Assembly: GCA_903837175.1 (NCBI GenBank)
Contig: CAILTR010000055.1
Coordinates: 819-64,818, forward strand
DNA from: an uncultured bacterium
GTDB lineage: Bacteria > Patescibacteriota > Minisyncoccia > Moranbacterales > GWC2-37-73
Direction: 5' to 3'
DNA length: 64,000 nt
Shown in pieces: positions 9,428 to 17,755 of the stretch. The translations under genes were made by a program, and so were the position numbers. The notes under the pieces were generated by a model that was not told where the DNA came from, did not search any database, and saw only the letters and a program-made list of their open reading frames with translations. Positions within the stretch are counted from its first letter, which is position 1, and every line of letters begins with the position of its first letter.

Positions 9428-9470
9428 ATAAAGAATCTTTTGAAAGTTATGTAACACACTGCGTAATAAA
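9428..9470 (+). promoter_or_regulatory. Direct-repeat copy 2 of the promoter-like element.
   Basis: 'ttgaaagttatgtaacacactgcgtaataaa' lies just after the YhcG stop. It is probably the original promoter of the downstream unit. Confidence 0.35.
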
Positions 9471-9755
9471 GTTTGAGGAATAGTGCAAGCACCTGCAAAA
9501 TATTTTCACCGAGGGAGAATTGAAAGAAGAAAAGGTATGTTCCATTTTGGAATATACCACAAAACACGGTGCTATTCTTGGTAAATAGTGGAAAAGCCAC
9601 TCAAGAAGCTTTTTATTCAGGCAGTTATTCGAAAATTTCGAATAACTCAATTGCAAGCTGATTTTGATCGCGAAGTGAAGAAATTTTTGCAAAATAATAG
9701 TCAGGAGACTTAAAAGATGTTAAACTTAAAATATTAAGAAATAGTTTTTAAAAAA

Positions 9756-10226
9756 ATGCAAAAAGAAATTGTAATGTATACCGATGGTGGATCGCGGGGA
9801 AATCCGGGACCGGCAGGGATTGGAGTTTATATCTCCGCTAAAAGCGGATCCGCCTCGGGCGGAGAAACTACCCAATGGAAATACGGCGAGTGCATTGGGA
9901 TTAAAACTAACAACGACGCTGAATACGAAGCGCTGATTTTTGGACTGAAAAAAATAAAACAACTCCTAGGTAACGTTTCCGCCAAGCAAGCCCACGTGGA
10001 TTGCTTTTTGGACAGTGAGTTAGTCGTCAAGCAACTCAAGCATGAATATAAGCTAAAAGAACCTCGCATCCAGCAGTATTTTTTGGAAATTTGGAATTTA
10101 ATGCTAGACTTTAAACAGGTGACGTTTACCCATGTCCTGCGCGAGAAAAATAAAATTGCCGACGCGCTGGTTAATGAAGCGCTGGATGGAGAAGGGAAGC
10201 AGGGCAGTTTAATTTCTAATTTCTAA
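9756..10226 (+). CDS. rnhA: Ribonuclease HI.
   Basis: 'MYTDGGSRGNPGPAGIGV', 'NNDAEYEALIFGL' and 'ADALVNEA' form the RNase H DEDD motif context. Confidence 0.85.
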   Translation: MQKEIVMYTDGGSRGNPGPAGIGVYISAKSGSASGGETTQWKYGECIGIKTNNDAEYEALIFGLKKIKQLLGNVSAKQAHVDCFLDSELVVKQLKHEYKLKEPRIQQYFLEIWNLMLDFKQVTFTHVLREKNKIADALVNEALDGEGKQGSLISNF

Positions 10227-10266
10227 TTTCTAAACAATTTCCAGTGATTAAATTATAAAATATATT

Positions 10267-10368
10267 TTTTGTCATCCTGAATTTAGTTCAGGATCTTGCA
10301 CGCAGGAAGTTATCTTATGCAAAGGAAGTAGATGCTGAATCCGCCAGCTGGCGGACAGCATGACAAAG
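10267..10368 (+). ncRNA. Possible structured 5' leader or cis-regulatory RNA upstream of the HlyD-ABC operon.
   Basis: Nested helices are present. The outer stem is 'ttttgtcat' / 'atgacaaag'. There is an 8-bp hairpin 'atcctgaa tttag ttcaggat', a 14-nt perfect palindrome 'ccgccagctggcgg', and a 'ttgca..tgcaa' stem. Confidence 0.25.
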
Positions 10369-10381
10369 GCTTGAAATAAAA

Positions 10382-11686
10382 ATGAAGAAAACAAAAAAAA
10401 TCTTAATCTGGGTCGGGGTGGCGGTTTTAATTGTGATTGTCGTTATTTTTTATTTTAAAAGTAAAAAGCCAGTGACAACTTATACGACAGCTGACGCAGT
10501 TAAGGGCACGCTAGTGCAAACTGTCTCGGTTACGGGCGACCTGGTAGCCAAAGATGAGATTACGCTTAATTTTGAACTGGGCGGGCGAGTGAGTAAGGTT
10601 TTTGTTAAAACTAGCGATGAGGTTGCCGCTGGGGATAAGATTGCAACTTTAACTGACGCTTCGCTGCAAAAGCAACTTGACCAGGCTCAAGCTGGGCTTG
10701 ATCAGGCGATTGCTAACGCTGGCGCTAACAGTGATACGCTCAGAGAAGCGAAAGTTTCTAAAGACAATACCGAAAATACCTTGGATGATACGGAAAACTT
10801 AAATAAGCAAAGTATCGATGCCTCGCAGCAAGCCGTGGATAATGCCCAAAAATATTATGATGATGCAAAAGATTTTTATGATGGTTCTCCAAGCGCGCAA
10901 AATAAACTGACGCTCACAACAGCTGAAAATGCCTTGGATTCTGCTAAAGAAAGTTTAAAGACGGTAAGGGAGCAAGCAGATTTAAGTCAAACGAATGCCG
11001 AGAACGCAGTAGCTAGCGCCAAGGCTAGAGTTAAAACAGTCGAGTCTGACTTTGCCAAGGCCTCTAGAAATGCAACCGTGGCTGGGGCGCGCGCCGCTTA
11101 TGGTCAAGCAATGCTTAATTTAGCCAAGGCGACCCTAGTTTCTCCAGTTAACGGGATTATTACGGAAGTCAATAATAAGCCGGGCGAAATTTTAGGCACG
11201 GGCGTAATTAAGGAAGCTTTTTCAAGGGTGATGTCTATGGATATGATTATCGAGTCTAAAGTACCGGAATCAGACATTGTCAAACTAAAACTCGGGCAAC
11301 ACGCTAAAATTACTTTTGATGCCTTAACTTTAGAGGATATCTATGAGGGGGAAGTGATTGAAATTGATCCAGCCTCGACGACGATTCAGGACGTGGTTTA
11401 TTACCAAATTAAATTAAAACTAAATAGTGTTGATATCCGCATTAAACCTGGGATGAGCACCAACATTGCCATCAGCACGGCGGAAAAAACTGGCATTATT
11501 TCGGTACCTCAACGAGCGATTAAGCTTGAGGGTGAAAAGAAATATGTTGATGTTTTACAAATAGCTGATAATACGACGAAAAAAGTTTATATTGAAACTG
11601 GGCTAGAAGGAGACGAAGGCATGGTCGAAGTTAAATCCGGACTTAAAGGCGGCGAGAAGGTAGTGACGTTCGTGGTGACGAAGTAG
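10382..11686 (+). CDS. HlyD-family membrane fusion protein / periplasmic adaptor (MacA-like).
   Basis: An N-terminal TM is followed by a biotinyl-lipoyl-like 'GDKIATLTD' segment, a long coiled-coil, and a beta-barrel/MPD C-terminus. It lies in an operon with the ABC ATPase and FtsX permeases. Confidence 0.75.
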   Translation: MKKTKKILIWVGVAVLIVIVVIFYFKSKKPVTTYTTADAVKGTLVQTVSVTGDLVAKDEITLNFELGGRVSKVFVKTSDEVAAGDKIATLTDASLQKQLDQAQAGLDQAIANAGANSDTLREAKVSKDNTENTLDDTENLNKQSIDASQQAVDNAQKYYDDAKDFYDGSPSAQNKLTLTTAENALDSAKESLKTVREQADLSQTNAENAVASAKARVKTVESDFAKASRNATVAGARAAYGQAMLNLAKATLVSPVNGIITEVNNKPGEILGTGVIKEAFSRVMSMDMIIESKVPESDIVKLKLGQHAKITFDALTLEDIYEGEVIEIDPASTTIQDVVYYQIKLKLNSVDIRIKPGMSTNIAISTAEKTGIISVPQRAIKLEGEKKYVDVLQIADNTTKKVYIETGLEGDEGMVEVKSGLKGGEKVVTFVVTK

Positions 11687-11841
11687 TTTTTTAGGCTTTA
11701 GCTTATTAGCTTCGTTAGCTTTTAGGGAAATGCAAAAGATGGGTGGGTTGAAAATTTGGAAATAAAAAAATCCCCGTACCTTTTTGCTTGGAATATTAAA
11801 TATTCACAACCAGCAGGGACGAGGAAAGGAGTAATTCACGG

Positions 11842-12093
11842 CTATCTATGGTCTCCGCAGTTTGGACACGTTGGCCCACTGCCTAAAATATGCATAGGTT
11901 TTCTCCAAGAATTACAGATATGCGTGCGACACCGAGTAAGGTGCCCCGCTATTCCGTAAAAGAAAGCTAAGATGGCAAGGGTGATGCCTTCCAGCGGATG
12001 GTAGGTGGCTGTGCCGACTGCATAAAAGACAATTGCAAGACAGATCAATCCCCACATTTTAAAAAGCGAAAACTTTTTGTTAGTTAATTTCAT
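11842..12093 (-). CDS. Small membrane protein with a Cys-rich C-terminus (possible zinc ribbon).
   Basis: 83-aa ORF antisense to the operon direction in an intergenic gap. It has two predicted TM helices and a 'C..C...CPNC' C-terminus. Support is weak. Confidence 0.3.
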   Translation of the reverse strand: MKLTNKKFSLFKMWGLICLAIVFYAVGTATYHPLEGITLAILAFFYGIAGHLTRCRTHICNSWRKPMHILGSGPTCPNCGDHR

Positions 12094-12293
12094 TTTTTTG
12101 CCTTTGGCTTCATTGAGCCACTAAGTTAGTAAATACTAAAAAGAACCACGATATCTAATTATACGCTAAAATAATGGAAGTGTCAACAGTTTGAAAGCCT
12201 GTGCTACACTCGCTCGCATTCGCCTTCTTGCTAAAGAGGGGAATAAAAATAATTTGTAAATTTGTGGGGACTGTAATTTGTAGAAAATATTTT

Positions 12294-13019
12294 ATGTCAT
12301 TGATTGTTGTTCAAAATTTAAGTAAGACTTACGAAACCGAAGGCGTGAAAACGCCGGTTTTGCATGAGGTTACTTTCGAAATTAAAAAAGGCGAGTTTAT
12401 TTCCATTATGGGTCCATCAGGCTCTGGCAAATCAACCCTAATGCAAATTTTAGGGATGCTGGATCGGCCGACGGAGGGAACCTATTTATTGGAAGGAAAA
12501 AATATTACCCAATATTCTGATGATGAAATGGCAAAAATTCGCAATAAGAAAATTGGTTTTGTTTTTCAGTCCTTTAATTTATTGCCGAGAACTTCGGTGT
12601 ATGAAAATACGGAGCTGCCCCTGCTTTATGATGAAGATCATTTGGAGATGAATAACGAGAAAAAAATAACCAAAGCTTTAGCGGCCGTTGATATGAGTCA
12701 TCGCACAAACTATCTTTCTAACCAACTTTCTGGTGGAGAAAAACAACGGGTAGCGATTGCGCGCGCTTTAGTTAATAATCCAGAAGTTATTTTTGCTGAT
12801 GAGCCAACGGGGAACTTGGATTCAAAGTCTGGCTTGGCGGTAATGCGAATTCTCCAACAACTCAATGACGTTGGGCACACGGTAATTTTAGTCACACATG
12901 AAACTTATACCGCTCGTCACGCCAAACGCATCCTAAATATGCTCGATGGCCGCATTGTTTCCGACGAACTCGTCAAAGACCGCTTGATTGCTGATGGAGA
13001 AGGAGAACTCCTAAAATAA
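12294..13019 (+). CDS. ABC transporter ATP-binding protein (MacB/LolD-like).
   Basis: Walker A 'GPSGSGKST', signature '[15 protein letters not shown]' and Walker B '[11 protein letters not shown]'. The start was chosen at '[11 protein letters not shown]'. Confidence 0.9.
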   Translation: MSLIVVQNLSKTYETEGVKTPVLHEVTFEIKKGEFISIMGPSGSGKSTLMQILGMLDRPTEGTYLLEGKNITQYSDDEMAKIRNKKIGFVFQSFNLLPRTSVYENTELPLLYDEDHLEMNNEKKITKALAAVDMSHRTNYLSNQLSGGEKQRVAIARALVNNPEVIFADEPTGNLDSKSGLAVMRILQQLNDVGHTVILVTHETYTARHAKRILNMLDGRIVSDELVKDRLIADGEGELLK

Positions 13020-13029
13020 ATTAAAAAGC

Positions 13030-13140
13030 AAAAATCAAAATGGAAAATGACATTGTAAAATGTAAAATTTTTCATGCATTTGATAATTTTTAATTTTAAT
13101 TTGTCATTTTGATTTTTGAGATTTACATTTTACATTTCAT
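13030..13140 (+). repeat. Composite inverted-repeat element of modules X (tgtcattttgattttt) and Y (tttacattttacattt). This 'empty' copy lacks an internal gene.
   Basis: The left arm 'aaaaatcaaaatggaaaatgaca ttgtaaaatgtaaaa' and right arm 'tgtcattttgatttttgagatttacattttacattt' are related to the ends flanking the four-helix-bundle pseudogene at 14415-14886 and to 52285-52320. Confidence 0.5.
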
Positions 13141-13166
13141 TCTTTGATTAATAAGTTATAAATTAG

Positions 13167-14408
13167 ATGAAATTAAGTTCCCCCATCAAAATTTCCTATA
13201 ACAACCTGCTGGCGGCTAAATTCCGTTCTTTTTTAACGATTTTGGGAATTATCATTGGGATAGCCTCGGTGATTATCGTGATGGCAATTGGCGCCAGCGC
13301 CCAGCAACTCATTTTGAGTCAAGTTTCGGGAATTGGTTCTAATCTGGTCAGTGTCCTGCCGGGAGGCTCGGATGAAAAAGGTCCGCCAGCTTCGGCGCTG
13401 GGGATTGTGGTGACAACCTTAAAAGAAACTGATCTTGAAGCTATCCTTCAGAAAAGGAATGTGCCAAATGCTGCGAGTGGCTCGGCTTACGTGAGTGGAG
13501 TTGGCCTGATGAAATATCGAAGTAATTCAGCCGAAAGTAGTTTTCAAGGCGTTTCGGCTAGCTTTCCAAATGTGGAAAGTGTTATTCTAAAGTCGGGAAG
13601 ATTTTTTACAAATGAAGAAGAATCCGGACTAGCTCGGGTAGCGGTATTGGGACCTGGTCGTGCGGTTCAGCTTTTTGGCAATGAAGATCCTATGGGAAAA
13701 GTTTTTTCGATTAAAGATACGAACTTTACCGTCATTGGCGTTTTTGAGGAAAGAGGCTCGAGCGGTTTTACAAATACCGATGACCTGGCTTATATTCCGC
13801 TGGAAACCGCGCAGAAAATCTTGCTGGGAATTAGTCATATCAATAGCATGCGCATTAAAATTGACTCGCCCGCTAATATGGAAAGGGCCACTGCTGATGT
13901 TAAATATGTCCTGAGAACTCAGCATAAAATAAAAAATGTAACGGATGAGGATTTTTCGGTGCGTAATACCGCCCAGGCAATTTCGACGATTACGAATATT
14001 ACTAATGTTTTAAAATATTTTCTTACCGGGATTGCTGGAATTTCACTTTTGGTTGGGGGGATTGGCATTATGAATATCATGCTCATTTCGGTTAATCAAC
14101 GAATTCGGGAAATTGGACTTCGCAAAGCCGTTGGCGCTAGAGCGCGGCACATCATTGCCCAATTTTTAATTGAAGCGGTTTTTCTGACTTTGATTGGCGG
14201 TCTGGCGGGTATTGTTTTTGGAATTGCGCTTTCATTTTTAGCCTCCGTGGTTATTAACGCCTTAGGTTATAAATGGGAGTTTATTATTTCGCTTACCTCC
14301 ATCGGGGTAGCAACCTCCGTAGCGATTTTGATCGGCGTTATTTTCGGACTGTATCCAGCCCGCAAGGCTTCGCGAATTTCACCAATGGAAGCACTGAGAT
14401 ATGAATGA
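13167..14408 (+). CDS. ABC transporter permease, FtsX/MacB-type.
   Basis: A MacB_PCD-like periplasmic domain sits between TM1 and TM2. The C-terminal four-TM FtsX domain has the 'REIGLRKAVGA' motif. Confidence 0.85.
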   Translation: MKLSSPIKISYNNLLAAKFRSFLTILGIIIGIASVIIVMAIGASAQQLILSQVSGIGSNLVSVLPGGSDEKGPPASALGIVVTTLKETDLEAILQKRNVPNAASGSAYVSGVGLMKYRSNSAESSFQGVSASFPNVESVILKSGRFFTNEEESGLARVAVLGPGRAVQLFGNEDPMGKVFSIKDTNFTVIGVFEERGSSGFTNTDDLAYIPLETAQKILLGISHINSMRIKIDSPANMERATADVKYVLRTQHKIKNVTDEDFSVRNTAQAISTITNITNVLKYFLTGIAGISLLVGGIGIMNIMLISVNQRIREIGLRKAVGARARHIIAQFLIEAVFLTLIGGLAGIVFGIALSFLASVVINALGYKWEFIISLTSIGVATSVAILIGVIFGLYPARKASRISPMEALRYE

Positions 14409-14414
14409 TTTTAA

Positions 14415-14458
14415 ATTAAAATTAAAAAATCAAAATGGAAAATGACAAAGCAAAATTT
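14415..14458 (+). repeat. Left inverted-repeat end (rc of module X) of the four-helix-bundle cassette.
   Basis: 'aaaaatcaaaatggaaaatgaca'. Its reverse complement occurs at 14851-14868. Confidence 0.5.
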
Positions 14459-14806
14459 AAAAATGAATTCAAAAAAAGATTATATAATTTTGTGTTACGT
14501 CTGATAAGATTTATTGATACTCTCCCAAAAAGTTCCGTAAATGACATTATGGGTAAGCAATTATTAAGAAGTGGGACAAGTATCTTAGCAAATTATGTAG
14601 AAGCTAATTCGGCAAGTTCGAAAAAAGATTTTATAAACTTTTTTACCCATTCCTTGAAATCATCAAATGAATCAAAAGTTTAGTTGACTTTACTGAGAGA
14701 CACGCATAAAGGAGAAAAGCAAGAAATAGTGTGGTTGCTAGCAGAGTTAATCGAAATTTCTAATATTATAGCCAGTAGTATCCTTACGCTAAAAGGTAAG
14801 AAATAA
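14435..14806 (+). pseudogene. Four-helix-bundle protein (23S rRNA intervening-sequence protein family) interrupted by an in-frame TAG at 14681-14683.
   Basis: '...LANYVEANSASSKKDFINFFTHSLKSSNESKV*LTLLRDTHKGEKQEIVWLLAELIEISNIIASSILTLKGKK' aligns end-to-end with the intact paralog at 29709-30059. The stop replaces the conserved Gln of 'ETQL' (CAG to TAG). Confidence 0.55.
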
Positions 14807-14846
14807 TTTCTTATCATCTAGTGAAGAGACCAAAATTTTTTATTTT

Positions 14847-14886
14847 AAATTGTCATTTTCCATTTTGAGATTTACATTTTTCATTT
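14847..14886 (+). repeat. Right inverted-repeat end (modules X-ga-Y) of the four-helix-bundle cassette. It directly abuts the start of the second permease gene.
   Basis: 'tgtcattttccattttgagatttacatttttcattt'. Confidence 0.5.
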
Positions 14887-14889
14887 ATT

Positions 14890-16146
14890 ATGTTTAAACG
14901 CCTTCTCTTATCAATAAAACTTGCCTCCCGCAGTTTGACCATTAACATTGGTCGAACGGTTTTGACATTGGTGGGAATTATTATTGGAATTTTATCCGTA
15001 ATTGTCGTCACTTCCAGTGGTCAAGGTGTTAAGGAATATATTTTAGGCCAAGTCAATAGTTTTGGGACGGATATTATTCAGGTTGAAACGAAAGTTCCAG
15101 CTACGGGCAAAACTTCTTCGGCTAACGCGACAGGTCAAGCGCAAGGGATTCAAATTACAACGCTAAAAGTTTCCGACGGGGAAATGCTGAAAAAAATTCC
15201 AAATATTGATAAAGCCGCCCCAGCTTCGATTGGCCAAGAGTTGGCTACTTATCAAGCTACGAATAAACGGGCGATGATTTTTGGGGTTGGCGCTGATTAT
15301 CCTTTTGTGGATACAGCTACCAAGGTCGCGCAGGGGGCTTTTTATTCGCAGGGCGATGATAATGGCCTAGCGCAAGTAGTTGTGATTGGGAGCGACGTTA
15401 AAGACGCCCTCTTTGGCGATCAAGAAGCCATCGGCAAGGAAATTAAAATTAAAAGTTTAAATTTCCGCGTGGTTGGCGTGGCTGAAAAAAGAGGGGCGGT
15501 AACTTTTTTAAATTATGATGAATTTATTTTTATGCCGGTGCAAACGCTCCAAAAGAAAATCTTGGGGATCGATTATGTCCGCATGATTACGCTAAAAGTT
15601 AAAGATGCGAATTTAATTGACGTGACGGCCGCTGACGTTTCCGACGCGCTTAAGCGTCAGCATAAAACGCCCAGGGAGGAACAAGAGGATTTTTCCGTTT
15701 CAACCATCCAAGAAGCCCAGAAAATAATTGGTGACGTTTTTGGAACGATTAATATTTTGCTTTTGGCGCTTACTTCAATTTCCTTGGTCGTCGGTGGGGT
15801 GGGGATTATGAACGTCATGTATGTGGCGGTCGTCGAACGAACTTTTGAAATTGGTTTGCGCAAAGCGGTCGGCGCCACCGCCTCAGATATTCGCAACCAA
15901 TTTTTATTTGAAGCGATTTTTATAACGCTAATTGGCGGCTTGATTGGGATTTTACTGGGCTACTTAATTTCTTTCGGACTTTCTTATTTAATTAAGAGTC
16001 TTGGTTTTAACTTAAATTTCCCCGTGACGCTAAGCGCAATTTTCCTTGCCACCAGCTTTTCGATGGCTACCGGCATTATCTTTGGCTACTATCCCGCCTA
16101 CAAAGCCTCTAAGCTCTCGCCCATGGAAGCGCTCAGAAAAGAATAA
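14890..16146 (+). CDS. Second ABC transporter permease, FtsX/MacB-type.
   Basis: Same architecture as 13167..14408, with 'FEIGLRKAVGA'. Confidence 0.85.
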   Translation: MFKRLLLSIKLASRSLTINIGRTVLTLVGIIIGILSVIVVTSSGQGVKEYILGQVNSFGTDIIQVETKVPATGKTSSANATGQAQGIQITTLKVSDGEMLKKIPNIDKAAPASIGQELATYQATNKRAMIFGVGADYPFVDTATKVAQGAFYSQGDDNGLAQVVVIGSDVKDALFGDQEAIGKEIKIKSLNFRVVGVAEKRGAVTFLNYDEFIFMPVQTLQKKILGIDYVRMITLKVKDANLIDVTAADVSDALKRQHKTPREEQEDFSVSTIQEAQKIIGDVFGTINILLLALTSISLVVGGVGIMNVMYVAVVERTFEIGLRKAVGATASDIRNQFLFEAIFITLIGGLIGILLGYLISFGLSYLIKSLGFNLNFPVTLSAIFLATSFSMATGIIFGYYPAYKASKLSPMEALRKE

Positions 16147-16274
16147 GACAGCTTAAAAGCTTTTTAGGCGTTAGCTTTTTAGGTAAATGAAGAAATGGAT
16201 AAAAGTGGCTGGAATGGCTTAGTTGTGGTAAGCTTGAGTAGTAAATAATTGAATAATTAAATTAATTGAGCAAT

Positions 16275-17714
16275 ATGAAATTAAAACTCCAGGAATTTTT
16301 TGCGAAAAAAGAAAATTTGTATCTTGTTTTAGCCTTGACCTTTGGTTTAATAATGGCTTTATTTAATCCACCTTTTGCCGGAGTTCCAGATGAACATGCT
16401 CATTATTGGAAAGCGTGGTCAATTGCAGAAGGATATTGGAAGTGTACAGGACAAGATGCTATTCCAGAATCGGCTCAGAAGCTCCCAGACCAAATAAAGC
16501 CAGTTGCTTATGAGGGGATAAAGGATAAGAAAATTGTTTTGGCGAAATTGAAAGAAAAGCTTGGACAGAAAGACACAAACAAAAATGCCGTGATTGGTGG
16601 AGCCGTATGCACGGCCACACCTTTTGGATATTTTGCTCAGTCAATAGGGCTACGTTTTGGAAAACTTTTTAATTTATCAGCTCTTGCTGATTTTTATCTT
16701 GCTAGGATTGCTAATTTAATATTAGTGGTCATCTTGATTTTTTTTGCAATAAAAATTATTCCTTTCGGAAAAACAATTCTCTTGATTATTGCTCTTTTCC
16801 CATTAACTATTCAGCAAGCTTCTTCTTTGAGTTATGATGCTCCTCAGATTGGATTTGCCTTTTTATTTTTTGCTTATATCTTAAGATTGACTGTTGAAAA
16901 AGAGAAGCAAATCAGAAAGAAAGATATTGTTATATTGTTTGCTCTTTCTTTGTTTGGATTAAACATAAAACTTGGCTATTTCGTTCTTTCCCTTTTAGTG
17001 TTGCTCATTCCCAAGGAAAAATTTAAAAGTGTAAAGAATTATTTTATCTTTATCTTAACTTTCCTTATATCGAATGTGGCCCTGTTTTTTCTCGATAGGC
17101 GTCTTTATTTAGAATTAAAAGCTCCAGACTGGACTAACCCCGCAGAACAGCTTAAGTTTGTTATGTCATCCCCATTTCATTTTCTGAATGTCTTGTTTGA
17201 AACTTTGTATCAAAGTAATTTAGTGACTTATGTTACTGGCGTGATATATAGACCAGGTTGGGGAGCCTCTACTTCTCACATCCTCTTAATCTGTATATTT
17301 GTTGGTATTATTTTATTTGTGAAAAATGAGGAAGAATCTGTCCCTCTGACCAAGCGGCAACGTTGGATCATCATGACTGTTTTTATTTTAAATTTTATTT
17401 TGATATACTTAGCTTTATATTTAGGATGGACAACCGTGGGGGCTAGTAAAATTTCAGGAGTGCAAGGGCGCTATTTGATTCCGCTACTCCCTTTGTTCAT
17501 AATCTTTTTTTACAAGGCCTCTTTCAACCTGCAATATAAGTTTATAAAAAAACATCTCAATTTATTGTTACTTATTTCTCTTGTTACGGTTTTTGTATTT
17601 GTTGTGTGGGATGCATATAATAGTTATTATAATAAAGCTGGAGCAAATCCGGTGCCTGCTTCAGTAGGTGTAGCCCCAGTTTCTGAGGCTATTCAATCTT
17701 CAAGCTCTGAGTAA
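16275..17714 (+). CDS. Polytopic membrane protein, probably a GT-C-like glycosyltransferase.
   Basis: At least 10 TM helices. The first extracytoplasmic loop 'VPDEHAHYW' resembles the DE(H) loop motif of the downstream GT-C paralogs ('ADEHFW'). Confidence 0.45.
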   Translation: MKLKLQEFFAKKENLYLVLALTFGLIMALFNPPFAGVPDEHAHYWKAWSIAEGYWKCTGQDAIPESAQKLPDQIKPVAYEGIKDKKIVLAKLKEKLGQKDTNKNAVIGGAVCTATPFGYFAQSIGLRFGKLFNLSALADFYLARIANLILVVILIFFAIKIIPFGKTILLIIALFPLTIQQASSLSYDAPQIGFAFLFFAYILRLTVEKEKQIRKKDIVILFALSLFGLNIKLGYFVLSLLVLLIPKEKFKSVKNYFIFILTFLISNVALFFLDRRLYLELKAPDWTNPAEQLKFVMSSPFHFLNVLFETLYQSNLVTYVTGVIYRPGWGASTSHILLICIFVGIILFVKNEEESVPLTKRQRWIIMTVFILNFILIYLALYLGWTTVGASKISGVQGRYLIPLLPLFIIFFYKASFNLQYKFIKKHLNLLLLISLVTVFVFVVWDAYNSYYNKAGANPVPASVGVAPVSEAIQSSSSE

Positions 17715-17755
17715 GAAAGAGAGAGCCAATTAAGTTATATAAAAAGTGAAATAAT

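Noticed and set aside
9136-9692. A cluster of minus-strand ORFs (9136-9396, 9218-9457, 9406-9600, 9447-9692) and the + strand remnant 'VEKPLKKLFIQAVIRKFRITQLQADFDREVKKFL' at 9570-9700.
   Set aside because: The minus ORFs overlap the YhcG gene or AT-rich non-coding DNA and are Phe/Leu/Ile-rich, as expected for AT-rich antisense. The + remnant has no start and is stop-bounded. It is possibly a decayed gene fragment but unsupported.
11756-11959. + strand 67-aa ORF in the HlyD-ATPase gap.
   Set aside because: It overlaps the more plausible minus-strand two-TM Cys-rich small ORF. It has no hydrophobic or domain features. It was not called.
14681-14683. In-frame TAG in the four-helix-bundle gene as evidence for stop-codon reassignment (an alternative genetic code).
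   Set aside because: TAG, TAA and TGA all terminate confident genes in this window (e.g. TAG at 6937-6939, TGA at 14406-14408, TAA at many). A single CAG to TAG nonsense mutation, or a sequencing error, is the parsimonious explanation.
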